From: a virus
Strand: one strand, 5' to 3'
IMG/VR virus record: IMGVR_UViG_3300050119_000091
Location: 2,780 to 66,779 of that record
DNA: 64,000 nt
The translations under genes were made by a program, and so were the position numbers. Under the pieces are notes generated by a model. It did no database searches. It was given only the letters and a program-made list of their open reading frames with translations, and had not been told where the DNA came from. Positions 54,564 to 63,606 of this stretch are shown here, piece after piece; positions within the stretch are counted from its first letter, which is position 1; every line of letters starts with the position of its first letter.

Positions 54564-54771
54564 GTATCTCCCTTTCAAGCGTAGGCTGCATTCCAGCCTC
54601 TTTCTGGCGTTTTGCTTCGGCCAGGAGACCCCTCTTCCATGTTGCAGCTATTCGGCGCAGGCGATCTTCCGTCAGGGTGCATACCGGAATATATTGACCG
54701 TTTGTCATCCGAAAGAAGTTCGGCACTATCGGCGTTTCAATCGTTACCTTCACTGTTGGTGGATTCGTCAT
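54547..54771 (-). CDS. hypothetical protein
   Basis: GAGGAG RBS before MTNPP. Confidence 0.55.
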   Translation of the reverse strand: MTNPPTVKVTIETPIVPNFFRMTNGQYIPVCTLTEDRLRRIAATWKRGLLAEAKRQKEAGMQPTLEREIHAGTM

Positions 54772-55177
54772 TGTTCTCCTCGTAGGCCTCAATAGCCTGT
54801 TTCAAGTTCTCATGGAGAGTATCCAATCGCGAGCAATCATCGCCCACGTGGCCCTCGCAATGATAGCTGCAATTCTCGCAGTGGGTTGGTCCAGCTTCAA
54901 TTATGACTTGCCCCTGGCAGATGTGGCACGTATCCAGTGCGTCCACGTAGGTTTTTGCTGCCGTTGCCAAACGGGCCGATAAATCCATGGCATCTCGCAG
55001 CCGTACGTCGGCGGCGAGAATAGATAATAGTACGGGAATCTCGATGGCAGAGGATTCTAAAGCCTCCATTGCGGGACTCAACTCTGGGTTATATCCCGAT
55101 CCCGTGCCAAACCAGTAGTGCAATATTCTGCTCGCCATCTGAACTTTGTCAGATAGTTCTTTCGGATCAATCGGCAT
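54737..55177 (-). CDS. hypothetical protein (MPIDPK...AIEAYEE)
   Basis: RBS; Cys cluster. Confidence 0.6.
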   Translation of the reverse strand: MPIDPKELSDKVQMASRILHYWFGTGSGYNPELSPAMEALESSAIEIPVLLSILAADVRLRDAMDLSARLATAAKTYVDALDTCHICQGQVIIEAGPTHCENCSYHCEGHVGDDCSRLDTLHENLKQAIEAYEENNDESTNSEGND

Positions 55178-55583
55178 TCCTCTCCTCGTAGGCCTCAATA
55201 GCGGCTGCCAGTTGTATATACGCATCGCAAGCCGTTTCACATTCCCCCGCCCCGCCAATCATCCAGCAATGCGCCTCTTTCAGTGCCGCCATAAGGTCCT
55301 CTGCTCGGTCTACCCCACGTCGCTCGGCTTCCCGGCGTTGCGTGGATTTCGGGTCGTCCGATAGTAGAGCAGCGGCGAGTTCGCCGCACAGCCACTCGAT
55401 AAATTTTATTTTCTGCGCCGAAGCCATATCGCCATACCGAGGCTTGATAGCCGCCAGCTGTTTGGACTCGAAGGCAAGGTTAATCAGGGCGTAGGCAATC
55501 GTCGGCCTTGTTGCAGTGCGGCAGGCTTGATATTCGGCAATGTCCCGCTTGGCATGTTCTAAAGCTTTGGGGTCAATCGGCAT
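55167..55583 (-). CDS. hypothetical protein (MPIDPK...AIEAYEE)
   Basis: GGAGG RBS; shares both termini with its neighbour. Confidence 0.6.
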   Translation of the reverse strand: MPIDPKALEHAKRDIAEYQACRTATRPTIAYALINLAFESKQLAAIKPRYGDMASAQKIKFIEWLCGELAAALLSDDPKSTQRREAERRGVDRAEDLMAALKEAHCWMIGGAGECETACDAYIQLAAAIEAYEERNAD

Positions 55584-55761
55584 TACGACCTCCACATTTG
55601 TTGTTCTCGCAGACTGGCTGATGGTTCTTGAAGCTCACTTTCGACAGGCGCTGACCGCACTGGGGGCAATACGTTCGTGACTTGCGCCATATCCAGGTCC
55701 CGTCTTTATGGTGAATGGCCTCCTCTAACTCTTCCCGGCTGAGTATCTTCGTTTCGCTCAT
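55573..55761 (-). CDS. small Zn-ribbon protein
   Basis: CPQCG...C....C. Confidence 0.55.
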   Translation of the reverse strand: MSETKILSREELEEAIHHKDGTWIWRKSRTYCPQCGQRLSKVSFKNHQPVCENNKCGGRNAD

Positions 55762-55974
55762 TGAATCGCTCCCTTTATTTTCAGCCCCAATACGACCACT
55801 GACACTTACGCTTTGCCTTCCGCTGCGCCCGTCTCTTGTCGATCTCCCAGCACAAAAGTGCCAAGCCGACTATTATCATGAAAACTGCTGGGCGAATGTC
55901 CATTAAGATATCCTCAAGTGTTTGACGCGTGCGGGCGACTCCGAATCACAGAACCTTACGACCCGCCATCCACG

Positions 55975-56796
55975 TTACTGCCCGCACTCGATTTCATCGG
56001 AAATCTGACCCAGTACTGTACGCAGGGCGTTTTCTACGCTCATGGCCAGAATATGTTTAGGCCAGTCGGATGCTTGGTAGCGATCCAGAATAGCGCAAAG
56101 ATCCGCTGTCTTTAGGGGCTTCCGCTTCACCGGCGCGGTCGCAAGGGTATTCCCACTACCTGACTGCTGGAATGGCGTGGCGATGCGTTTAATGGTCGCT
56201 GGGGTCAGTTTCTCGCCGCTTTTCAGGGCCTCGCGCTGGAGGTCCTTCGAGAGTTTCGCCAACGCCACCGCCGCATTCGGTTTAATTGACTGATTCACAA
56301 GGGCCCTGGCCCCTTCGTCGCACAACTCGATCAGGGCCAGCCGCTCTTTAACCCACTTCTCGTCTTCGTGGTACACGTTGGCAGCGATGTCTTCCAAGGA
56401 CATCCCGTAGCGTTCCAGTTTGGCGATATTAAATGCATCGTCAATGGCGGTCGTTTGGTTTCGGTCCCTGTTTTCCCGTACCGTCGCCATGAACGCCTGG
56501 TGCTCAGAGCCCTTGAAGTACACGCAGCGGAGCTTGAACGGGACTGGCGTCAACTTCCGTTTGTTGATCTCCAGGGCGGCCCGCCATCGGGAATGGCCCG
56601 CGTATAGGATCGGAGTTCCGCCGTCGTTCCCGATTAGGACCGGCTGAAGCTGGCCCGATGCGACCATCGAATCCACCAGCCAGCCGATTTCCGGTAACTC
56701 GTGGCGTCCGTTCAGTTCCGCCTTGATCTTAATGTTTTCGGGAGCAAACATATACTCCGAAGAACGGCTGTGTTCTACTTTGAATTCTACGGCCAC
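55975..56796 (-). CDS. ParB N-terminal domain protein
   Basis: LVDSM..SGQLQPV, AGHSRWRAA, EN..R, HTH region. Confidence 0.85.
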   Translation of the reverse strand: MAVEFKVEHSRSSEYMFAPENIKIKAELNGRHELPEIGWLVDSMVASGQLQPVLIGNDGGTPILYAGHSRWRAALEINKRKLTPVPFKLRCVYFKGSEHQAFMATVRENRDRNQTTAIDDAFNIAKLERYGMSLEDIAANVYHEDEKWVKERLALIELCDEGARALVNQSIKPNAAVALAKLSKDLQREALKSGEKLTPATIKRIATPFQQSGSGNTLATAPVKRKPLKTADLCAILDRYQASDWPKHILAMSVENALRTVLGQISDEIECGQ

Positions 56797-56819
56797 GCGT
56801 GTTAGTCTCCCTACGTTTT

Positions 56820-57008
56820 CTATCTCGTAATGCAGGATTTACAACTACATCCCATTGCCCAGATGCGGTAGCGGGTTCGCCGTAATATTGCGTGACGATC
56901 CGCTAAAGTCATCGCTGAAAGAACTGGAGGTGTTCGCAAGCGCATGACGGAATCGCGATAGATCCGTTTCTGGGATGGGCATGCGTTAACCAGTTCGTGA
57001 ATCGTCAA
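56820..57008 (-). CDS. hypothetical protein
   Basis: Tiling. Confidence 0.4.
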   Translation of the reverse strand: MTIHELVNACPSQKRIYRDSVMRLRTPPVLSAMTLADRHAILRRTRYRIWAMGCSCKSCITR

Positions 57009-57010
57009 AA

Positions 57011-57178
57011 CTACCTTCCCCTTCGGCGTGCGTCAGCCGGCGCACTTGATTTCGGAATTCGCGCCGCAACATCCCATCTCGGTTGCGTGCATGACGGACA
57101 GCGTGCGGGCCGATTGTTGATGCGCTTTGTCCATTTATGGCCGCAACGCAGGCAGTGGCAGTCTGTTTTTATCGGCAT
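57011..57178 (-). CDS. small Zn-ribbon protein (not in track)
   Basis: MPIKTDCHCLRCGHKW....PARCPSC..PRWD; TGgTAGAGT 7 nt upstream. Confidence 0.65.
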   Translation of the reverse strand: MPIKTDCHCLRCGHKWTKRINNRPARCPSCTQPRWDVAARIPKSSAPADARRRGR

Positions 57179-57227
57179 TTAATAAACTCTACCATGTTGG
57201 ATATTTAAAGGCAAGAAAAAATAACGT

Positions 57228-57467
57228 CTATCGCCCCATTTCCTCTTGAATAATTCGCGCTATGTGGTCGATGTATCGGGCGTGCCGTGTGCTGGCGCAG
57301 GAGAGTTCGTTTACGGTCGCCAGCATCGGCTCCCGGTCTATCCTCCAGGCTGCCTGATATGCCCTGCGTTCGATCTCTGGCAGTACGGGAATTCGGGATT
57401 GCTCCGCTTCCGTAAAACCAAAGAACCTGGACATGGTTTCTTCTTCGTGTCTGTCGTTTGATTCCAT
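57228..57467 (-). CDS. hypothetical protein
   Basis: AAGGA RBS. Confidence 0.55.
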   Translation of the reverse strand: MESNDRHEEETMSRFFGFTEAEQSRIPVLPEIERRAYQAAWRIDREPMLATVNELSCASTRHARYIDHIARIIQEEMGR

Positions 57468-57477
57468 GCTTTTCCTT

Positions 57478-58029
57478 TCAGAACTTAACCGATCCCAGCC
57501 ACTCAGCGAAATTTATTAACTGAATAGACAGATAGGCAACTACAAATGGACCAGCGCAGTAAATCAGGAGTTCGCATGTGTCGCGGGCAAACTCCGCCCA
57601 CTGTTCAGGGTCCGATGCTCCGATACCGATCATGTTTCCGTTGCACTTCGGACAAAGCCCCAATCCTTTACGCGTGCGGTCGCTTTCGTCTGCGACAGAT
57701 GGAGAGTGGACGCCATCCACGTCTAACTGAAACAGCGGAGCGGATCGCGGAGAAACTTCAAATACATGCCACACGAGTCCGCCATCTTGCACTGTTCCGA
57801 CGTAATCCCGATCCACGTCAAACATGGGATGCCCGGTTCCGTAGATGCAGAAAACGCGCGGCAATTGCACTTGGTCCCCGCTGCATCCTTTGGCCCAAAG
57901 GACCAGGTCGCCACGCTGAAACTGGACGGATATCACCTCGGCATTAAAAGGCATGGAGACAACTTGGGCGTCGGTAATTGCAATGGGAAATTTCCAGATG
58001 CGGCTGTTCGTCCGCGATGGGAGTATCAC
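57478..58029 (-). CDS. conserved phage protein
   Basis: IWKFP..LWA..IYGTGHP..YVGTVQ..LVWHVFE motif. Confidence 0.65.
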   Translation of the reverse strand: MILPSRTNSRIWKFPIAITDAQVVSMPFNAEVISVQFQRGDLVLWAKGCSGDQVQLPRVFCIYGTGHPMFDVDRDYVGTVQDGGLVWHVFEVSPRSAPLFQLDVDGVHSPSVADESDRTRKGLGLCPKCNGNMIGIGASDPEQWAEFARDTCELLIYCAGPFVVAYLSIQLINFAEWLGSVKF

Positions 58030-58568
58030 GATTTAACCTCCCTGCCAATTAAAGCCAGCAGTCGATGGAACTCACCAGATACGCCGCAAACGAAACGCAA
58101 GTGACTCTCGGTGTGCGTGGGATTTTCGTATTCCCACTTGTACTTCGACTCTCCCGGGTGAATGCATTCAATCTTTACCGTTACTCCGTCTTTGGTCCAG
58201 GTTTCGCCGTCTTCGTCATCCAGAACGAAACCAGAGGCAGTCAGTGCTTCGATTGCGATCTCTTGTTCGTGCTCGTTCGCCATCTCGCGAGCTTCGGCGC
58301 TTGCGGCGTTGAAAGAACCCACGAGTTTCTCGCGTTCAAAGCGGCACTCATCGCGTTCGCCCTGATCGTCCCGAAGCAACTCAAGCCCATGGATATCTTC
58401 TTCGTCCAAATTCACGCCGATGGATTCGAGTGCGGATACTATACGCTCAAGACGGGAATATCTTTGGGCTTTGCCCATTGCGCCGCCAAATGTCTCAGCG
58501 CCGATAGCATTGATTAGAGACTGAATTTGCGCTTGATCTCGGTAGATTGTCGTTTCCATTTCAGGCAA
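58026..58568 (-). CDS. hypothetical acidic protein
   Basis: Tiling. Confidence 0.6.
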   Translation of the reverse strand: MPEMETTIYRDQAQIQSLINAIGAETFGGAMGKAQRYSRLERIVSALESIGVNLDEEDIHGLELLRDDQGERDECRFEREKLVGSFNAASAEAREMANEHEQEIAIEALTASGFVLDDEDGETWTKDGVTVKIECIHPGESKYKWEYENPTHTESHLRFVCGVSGEFHRLLALIGREVKS

Positions 58569-59478
58569 CCTCTACGAATTCGCCGTTGTTGTTAAGGCGG
58601 TATTTTACGTTCGGCTTGAGTTGCCCGTCGCCGTCTTCGTCCTGGACTGAAGCGAAGCGTGTTTTGTATCGCTTGCCGTTCCATTGCAGGATTACCAGGT
58701 TACCGCCGTAGCCAGCCGTCGCAGTCCCGCTATCGCCAGCCGTCGCAGTCCCGCGATGGCCAGCCGTCGCAGTCCCGCTATCGCCAGCCGTCGCAGTCCC
58801 GCCGTAGCCAGCCGTCGCAGTCCCGCCGTAGCCAGCCGTCGCAGTCCCGCGAACGCCAGCCGTCGCAGTCCCGCTATCGCCAGCCGTCGCAGTCCCGCGA
58901 TGGCCAGCCGTCGCAGTCCCGCGAACGCCAGCCGTCGCAGTCCCGCTATCGCCAGCCGTCGCAGTCCCGCTATCGCCAGCCGTCGCAGTCCCGCGAACGC
59001 CAGCCGTCGCAGTCCCGCTATCGCCAGCCGTCGCAGTCCCGCGAACGCCACCCGTCGCAGTCCCGCTATCGCCAGCCGTCGCAGTCCCGCGAACGCCAGC
59101 CGTCGCAGTCCCGCTATCGCCAGCCGTCGCAGTCCCGCTGATTACGCGCTTGCCGAATCCGCCATTATCGACCACGTATTTCCCAGCGGCCATACGATCA
59201 CCACAAAACACCACGTCGCCAGATGGAAATTTGACCTTGCCGCTAAGGTCAATCAGCATGGCCTCATCGACCGAAACGACCAGCCATTTCGCGCCTTCGG
59301 AGAAATCCCCAAGCGATGCGTCTCCCTCGCCCCAAAGCCATCCATGCAGGCCACTGCCACACGCCTGCGTGGGCTTCCAGTCGGAGCATGAGATCGGCCC
59401 GGATTCAGGCCATTTGAACTGGCCGTGATAACTGGTCATGTCGGCGGCGCATGACCGCAACACCAATACACTAGCCAT
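58561..59478 (-). CDS. Ice-nucleation-protein (InaZ)-like mini protein
   Basis: InaZ-like N-domain (LVLRSC..WP.SG..GL.GWLWG.G..KVKFP...VV..GDR), 18 GTATAGxx repeats, WNGKRY C-domain. Confidence 0.8.
   Translation of the reverse strand: MASVLVLRSCAADMTSYHGQFKWPESGPISCSDWKPTQACGSGLHGWLWGEGDASLGDFSEGAKWLVVSVDEAMLIDLSGKVKFPSGDVVFCGDRMAAGKYVVDNGGFGKRVISGTATAGDSGTATAGVRGTATAGDSGTATGGVRGTATAGDSGTATAGVRGTATAGDSGTATAGDSGTATAGVRGTATAGHRGTATAGDSGTATAGVRGTATAGYGGTATAGYGGTATAGDSGTATAGHRGTATAGDSGTATAGYGGNLVILQWNGKRYKTRFASVQDEDGDGQLKPNVKYRLNNNGEFVEVA
58705..59136. repeat. 18 x 24-bp coding tandem repeat
   Basis: Constant GCCAGCCGTCGCAGTCCC core with four 6-nt variants. Confidence 0.95.
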
Positions 59479-59824
59479 TCGCGTGTACTCCGATCTCTGC
59501 CGTCTTCGGCGTGGCCTTTTCTCCGAGCACGCACTCAACATCGATCACTTGGCCGTGCTGGATTTCGCCCCAGTGGTTCAGTATGTAATCGTGGGCAATC
59601 TGAAAGGTGCGCGTGCCCTTGCCGAGCGCGGCCCATTCGTATGGATCATTCGTGGCCTTCTGATCGTACAGACTCATCAGGATTACGCTTGACCCATCGG
59701 CAGGGAATCCGCAATGGCGCATGAATCGGGCTTCGGTCGCGTCACCAGGCGTCATGAGTATGCCCATAGCTGCGATGGTGGTTCCTTTGTCTCTAATCTC
59801 TAGGTACTTAGTGGTCATTTCCAT
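59471..59824 (-). CDS. conserved phage hypothetical protein
   Basis: LEIRDKGT, DPYEW..RT..AH.YI..HW..G.VIDVE; TACCTGGAGAA leader. Confidence 0.7.
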   Translation of the reverse strand: MEMTTKYLEIRDKGTTIAAMGILMTPGDATEARFMRHCGFPADGSSVILMSLYDQKATNDPYEWAALGKGTRTFQIAHDYILNHWGEIQHGQVIDVECVLGEKATPKTAEIGVHANG

Positions 59825-59879
59825 TTCTCCAGGTATTTAACGGCGTTAAGAAGCGTTGATGTTCGGTCTCTTGCATGGC

Positions 59880-60131
59880 CTAAGACGATGTTGCATGCGT
59901 AGCACAGGATACCCCTGCGGCGGCGTGCGTCCCGCTCGCCTTGCTGAACTTTCCTGTTACCGTATCCCGAACCGCGTGGCGACGTGGGAGTTTCTTCCGT
60001 GGCCTGCCAGGTAAACTCCGGGCTTCGCCTTCCAGCGCGTTCCAGCGGTCGATAGCGGCTTGCTTTCGTTGCGCTTCAGCTTCCGGCGATAGCTTGTATG
60101 GCCGTGCGTGAGGATTCTTTTTGCGTCCCAA
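59880..60131 (-). CDS. basic AT-hook-like protein
   Basis: GRPRKK, RD..TGKF. Confidence 0.55.
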   Translation of the reverse strand: MGRKKNPHARPYKLSPEAEAQRKQAAIDRWNALEGEARSLPGRPRKKLPRRHAVRDTVTGKFSKASGTHAAAGVSCATHATSS

Positions 60132-60232
60132 TTTACAATCCGTCCTTGCCTGCGGCGACGCGTGGCCCCGCGCCTTGCTCGATTGGTGGATCGTGCCGCT
60201 CGATTATGTCCATATCTAATCTCCTTATTCGC

Positions 60233-60592
60233 TTAGTGGGCACATGTCTCCAAATCCCGAGGGAAGCACTGGAAGCACCGCAATGCATCGCCGTCGCTCG
60301 ACATAAGTTGCTTACCGCAGTCCTGACAGTGACGCACTGCGGAATTAATCACCGCCGGAATACTCGATTCAAATGTCCTGTCCTCAAACTGGGCGATTGC
60401 CTTGCGCGCAACATCGCGGATCGTTTTCTGTACTTCGTCTGAAGGGAACGAGCACTCAGCTTCTATCCGCCGCAAAGCCGTTAAGAGAGTGCCGGAATTG
60501 CGAGCAGTAGCATTGGCGCGGATGGATTCCTCTGCCAAGTGGGTACAGCAGAGGCCGCTGGAGCTGCAATCTGGGCATATTGGTGTGCTCAT
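60233..60592 (-). CDS. hypothetical Cys-rich protein
   Basis: Tiling, CxxC pairs. Confidence 0.55.
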   Translation of the reverse strand: MSTPICPDCSSSGLCCTHLAEESIRANATARNSGTLLTALRRIEAECSFPSDEVQKTIRDVARKAIAQFEDRTFESSIPAVINSAVRHCQDCGKQLMSSDGDALRCFQCFPRDLETCAH

Positions 60593-60885
60593 TGTTGGGA
60601 CTCATTCCAGCGCGACCCATACCGCGACTCAGAATCGGAAATACGCCGACAGGGACGATCTTCGGCTGAGATTTCCGCGTTGACTTCGGTGATCCGCTCT
60701 ATTTGCAGCCGCATCGCGCGCCGCCGTATTTCTGTTTCGATGTTGTGAAGCTCGCGGAGCGCCGGCTGCTTAAGGCAACCGTTAAACCCAGCGCCCTCCA
60801 TGATCGCAGCCAGTCGGTCTACGAGTTGCGGTAGCGTGCTTTCCTGTAGTTGTTTTGTTTCCGCATCGACTAAGTGTCCGATCAT
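60589..60885 (-). CDS. hypothetical protein
   Basis: ATGA overlaps, GGAGG RBS. Confidence 0.6.
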   Translation of the reverse strand: MIGHLVDAETKQLQESTLPQLVDRLAAIMEGAGFNGCLKQPALRELHNIETEIRRRAMRLQIERITEVNAEISAEDRPCRRISDSESRYGSRWNESQQ

Positions 60886-61073
60886 GCTACCACCTCCGGG
60901 TAGCGCAGGTGGTACGCCGCCGAATAGATCGCAGACATAGCCTTTATGCTGCCCTGAATGCGGTTCAATTCGCGGTGAGCGGTTCGTAGTATTTCGAGTG
61001 CCGCCCGCAACTCTGGCGCATCGCTGCGCCAGTTCTCATATAGCGCGTTTCCGAAGTGAGTCCGCAGTTTCAT
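60882..61073 (-). CDS. small early protein
   Basis: Likely start ATG 61073 after the promoter/RBS cassette. Confidence 0.65.
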   Translation of the reverse strand: MKLRTHFGNALYENWRSDAPELRAALEILRTAHRELNRIQGSIKAMSAIYSAAYHLRYPEVVA

Positions 61074-61214
61074 GGTATATTCTCCAGGTAATGACGTTTG
61101 AAAGAGCCTGAATAACTCGCTCGATCTGTTTCTATTATGACTTACTACTGGCAGTTTGTCAATAGCTAACGCAATAATTATTTCGCGCGGGCGAGTCTGC
61201 AATGGTCCCGAGCT
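61071..61214 (-). promoter_or_regulatory. 144-bp promoter+RBS cassette, copy 1
   Basis: TTGACA(61157-62)-N17-CATAAT(61134-39), TACCTGGAGAA RBS; 143/144 identical to 63604-63747. Confidence 0.85.
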
Positions 61215-61522
61215 TCACGCGCCGTTGAGCATTCGACATTGCATCGCGGGCACGGTCGCGGAACGTGACGCCTGCCACCTCGTGACGATCCTGAGATAGC
61301 GCCAGTCTTCAGCATGTGGACTCGAATCCGAGCGGCCCGCGATTGGTGCTCTGAGTTTGGCGCATCCTTCGGAAGTGGCGCAAACAGGTCAGCGAAGTCC
61401 GAGATTACGATCTTGTTGGCGCGTAGCGGCTTTATCCCGCGTTTCGCCTGCGCTGACCGACTCGCAAGCCGTCTCTGTTGTTTGGCCGCTTCTGAGAGCG
61501 TGTATGTTCGTTTAGTGGGCAT
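61178..61522 (-). CDS. basic protein with C-terminal Zn finger
   Basis: YTLSEAAKQQRR resembles 59880 ORF; CPRC....AREARDHC. Confidence 0.6.
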   Translation of the reverse strand: MPTKRTYTLSEAAKQQRRLASRSAQAKRGIKPLRANKIVISDFADLFAPLPKDAPNSEHQSRAARIRVHMLKTGAISGSSRGGRRHVPRPCPRCNVECSTAREARDHCRLARAK

Positions 61523-62009
61523 TCAATTCGTCCTTGCTTGCAGCGTCGGGCATCCGGCCGCCTTGCGCCAGGGATTCGACAATGACAGACCTGTAGTCGC
61601 CCAATATTCGCATTGCATTGCGCCGGAGACTAGAACACAGGCACGGAGTAGCGCGACAGATCCCGCATTTCGTTTCTGTTTGAGGCGGAACATGATCCCA
61701 CTCCAAGCGATATTGGCGCTCTTTGTCGATCACCACGCGAACCGATTGCAGGTCGAAGCCATCGACCCCGATCAACACAATCGGGTTTCCGTAGATCCCG
61801 CGAACCTGACGCCACTGAACGGCGGTAACGGCCCCTGCGATAACGGCGGTTTCGTTCTCGATCAGGGAATCGACCGAGACTGATTCTCCCACGCGCGGCA
61901 GCGATTCCCAATAGGCGTCGATCTCGTTTCGACCGTCCATGAAAGTGATATTCAGGAAAGTATCCGCCGACTCAAAGCGACACTCCTGCGACTCGCAGCA
62001 GCAACCCAT
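61512..62009 (-). CDS. hypothetical protein
   Basis: GAGGAG RBS; LPRVGE motif. Confidence 0.55.
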   Translation of the reverse strand: MGCCCESQECRFESADTFLNITFMDGRNEIDAYWESLPRVGESVSVDSLIENETAVIAGAVTAVQWRQVRGIYGNPIVLIGVDGFDLQSVRVVIDKERQYRLEWDHVPPQTETKCGICRATPCLCSSLRRNAMRILGDYRSVIVESLAQGGRMPDAASKDELNAH

Positions 62010-62069
62010 AGGGTTCAATCTCCTCTTTGCTTAGTTAAACCGTTTTCAACGTCAAGACGTGACGCGCGT

Positions 62070-62357
62070 TTAAAGACTCCGAAGGATACGTTTGCTGCGA
62101 GATTCGATCTGCTTGAAGTAGCGGCAGCACTGGCACGTGAACGGCGCGGCGGTTTCCGGCTCGTGCTGATCCTTGCGCGTGTGCTGACTGGAGCATTTTC
62201 CGGTTTCGTGGCGCAACGCGGATTCCGTGACGTACCACGCGGCAGCGACAAGCGCTTCGCATTCCGGCACGTTGGCGAAATTTGTTGGCGGATCGTCGAA
62301 ATACTCGTTGAGTGTCAGAATATCCGCCAACTCGCTTGCGCTCAATTTCATGTCCAT
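62070..62357 (-). CDS. hypothetical protein
   Basis: AAGGAG RBS before MDMKLS. Confidence 0.6.
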   Translation of the reverse strand: MDMKLSASELADILTLNEYFDDPPTNFANVPECEALVAAAWYVTESALRHETGKCSSQHTRKDQHEPETAAPFTCQCCRYFKQIESRSKRILRSL

Positions 62358-62485
62358 TTCGTTTCTCCTTGTTATGTAAGATCGTTTGGAGCGTCCCGAC
62401 TCACTGTACGGCCGTGTGTAGTCACCTCCGCCTTTTGGAAGGGCGGTAGCTTGCACCAGTGTCGTCGGGACGCGGATATCAGCAG

Positions 62486-62545
62486 TCATTCCTGATCGGG
62501 AAACCGCTCGAATAGTTGAAACGTGCTGATGGTCGATTTGCTCAT
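62486..62545 (-). pseudogene. Possible N-terminal stub of an IS1595-family transposase
   Basis: MSKSTISTFQLFERFPDQE-stop resembles IS1595/ISXO2 transposase starts as I recall them. Confidence 0.3.
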
Positions 62546-62937
62546 TTCCTTCTCTCTCTCGCCCTGGCGTTGTGCGCTTCTCGGCATACGTCACAACGGC
62601 ATCGGTGGATACAGTACGCTGTCGTAGTGCCGTGTGTCTTTGGTGGCTCTTGACGCTTTTGCGCTCGCATTTGCGCCGCCCGTTTCTGCTGTTCATTGGC
62701 ACAGACCCCGCAGCGGCATCCCGAGTCATAGCGGCCTTTGGTTCCGTGAGGCTGGTCCGGATAGTGACTGACGCCCGCAACAACCAGACCCAAGCCAGTG
62801 GCACGAGACACCGGCAACGGGACAGAACGGCGCTCTGCTGGTTTCTCTGGCACCGGCGGCGGCTGAACCTCTGGCACCGGCTCACCAAGAGCAAGTAACC
62901 ATCTCCCGTCCTTCATTAATGTTCGCGCTCGGGCCAT
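62542..62937 (-). CDS. protein with two HGT..Y..CRC..C motifs
   Basis: HGTKGRYDSGCRCGVC; HGTTTAYCIHRCRCDVC. Confidence 0.65.
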   Translation of the reverse strand: MARARTLMKDGRWLLALGEPVPEVQPPPVPEKPAERRSVPLPVSRATGLGLVVAGVSHYPDQPHGTKGRYDSGCRCGVCANEQQKRAAQMRAQKRQEPPKTHGTTTAYCIHRCRCDVCREAHNARARERRK

Positions 62938-63049
62938 CTAAGCGTGGTCCACCAGATTGCACACATGGCTCCAGAGGCAGCTTGATTCATCCTCATCAGG
63001 CTCACGCCCGTAAACCGACTCGAACATATCGGTCATTACTTGCGGGTCA
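62923..63049. repeat. 127-bp exact direct repeat (second copy 63747-63873)
   Basis: Direct comparison, offset 824. Confidence 0.9.
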
Positions 63050-63111
63050 TGGCGATCATCGTCCGTGTGGCTCTCGATGTACTCTCTGATTTGGTCTGTG
63101 GTGTAGGTCAT
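62938..63111 (-). CDS. small acidic early protein
   Basis: ATG at the end of the 57-bp repeat. Confidence 0.65.
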   Translation of the reverse strand: MTYTTDQIREYIESHTDDDRHDPQVMTDMFESVYGREPDEDESSCLWSHVCNLVDHA

Positions 63112-63165
63112 TTGTATATTCTCCAGGTAATCCAAAATCAAAGCGTCAGAACGTGACGCGCGTTA
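63109..63165 (-). repeat. 57-bp intergenic stop-to-start cassette, copy 1
   Basis: TAACGCGCGTCACGTTCTGACGCTTTGATTTTGGATTACCTGGAGAATATACAAATG. Confidence 0.9.
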
Positions 63166-63357
63166 AAATCCGTCGTTCGATGCGTATTCCGATTCCGCGA
63201 GCTGTAAATCATAGACGTTCTCGCGGGTTGTATTCCACGCAGTCGGAATCGTATCCGTGTCTGGATCGTTTACGAAAGCGCAAGAGCAGGCCACTGAGCC
63301 GTCCGCGTGCATCGTAGCTTCGAGTTTGCAGTCATCGCAGAAAATCGTTTCAGACAT
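63163..63357 (-). CDS. small acidic Cys-containing early protein
   Basis: Exactly fills the space between the two 57-bp repeats. Confidence 0.65.
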   Translation of the reverse strand: MSETIFCDDCKLEATMHADGSVACSCAFVNDPDTDTIPTAWNTTRENVYDLQLAESEYASNDGF

Positions 63358-63411
63358 TTGTATATTCTCCAGGTAATCCAAAATCAAAGCGTCAGAACGT
63401 GACGCGCGTTA
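63355..63411 (-). repeat. 57-bp intergenic cassette, copy 2
   Basis: Identical to 63109-63165. Confidence 0.9.
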
Positions 63412-63606
63412 GCGAACTTCGTAGCTGAATGTTACGCCGATCTCCGCGCCGTCCGAATCGTATTCCACGTCTGGCATGGATTGCGTGCCGCCGTCGATAC
63501 GGGCGAAGTCCGCTGCCGTGGCGTGCGTGCCATCGGACCAGCGCAATACGGTTGGCGCATCGGTTTCGGGATTCTGGTTTGCTGCCCAACTCGCTTCGAG
63601 TCTCAT
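63409..63606 (-). CDS. small acidic early protein
   Basis: ATG 63606 after the promoter cassette; stop is the TAA of the repeat. Confidence 0.65.
   Translation of the reverse strand: MRLEASWAANQNPETDAPTVLRWSDGTHATAADFARIDGGTQSMPDVEYDSDGAEIGVTFSYEVR

Noticed and set aside
58659-59391. Repetitive ORFs in other frames and a CRISPR-like look of the 24-bp array
   Set aside because: Variable parts are only 6 nt and recur; these are shadows of the GTATAGxx coding repeat; no cas genes
63109-63411. 57-bp repeats as a mini-CRISPR array
   Set aside because: The intervening ~190 bp is a complete ORF and the repeat contains RBS, start and stop
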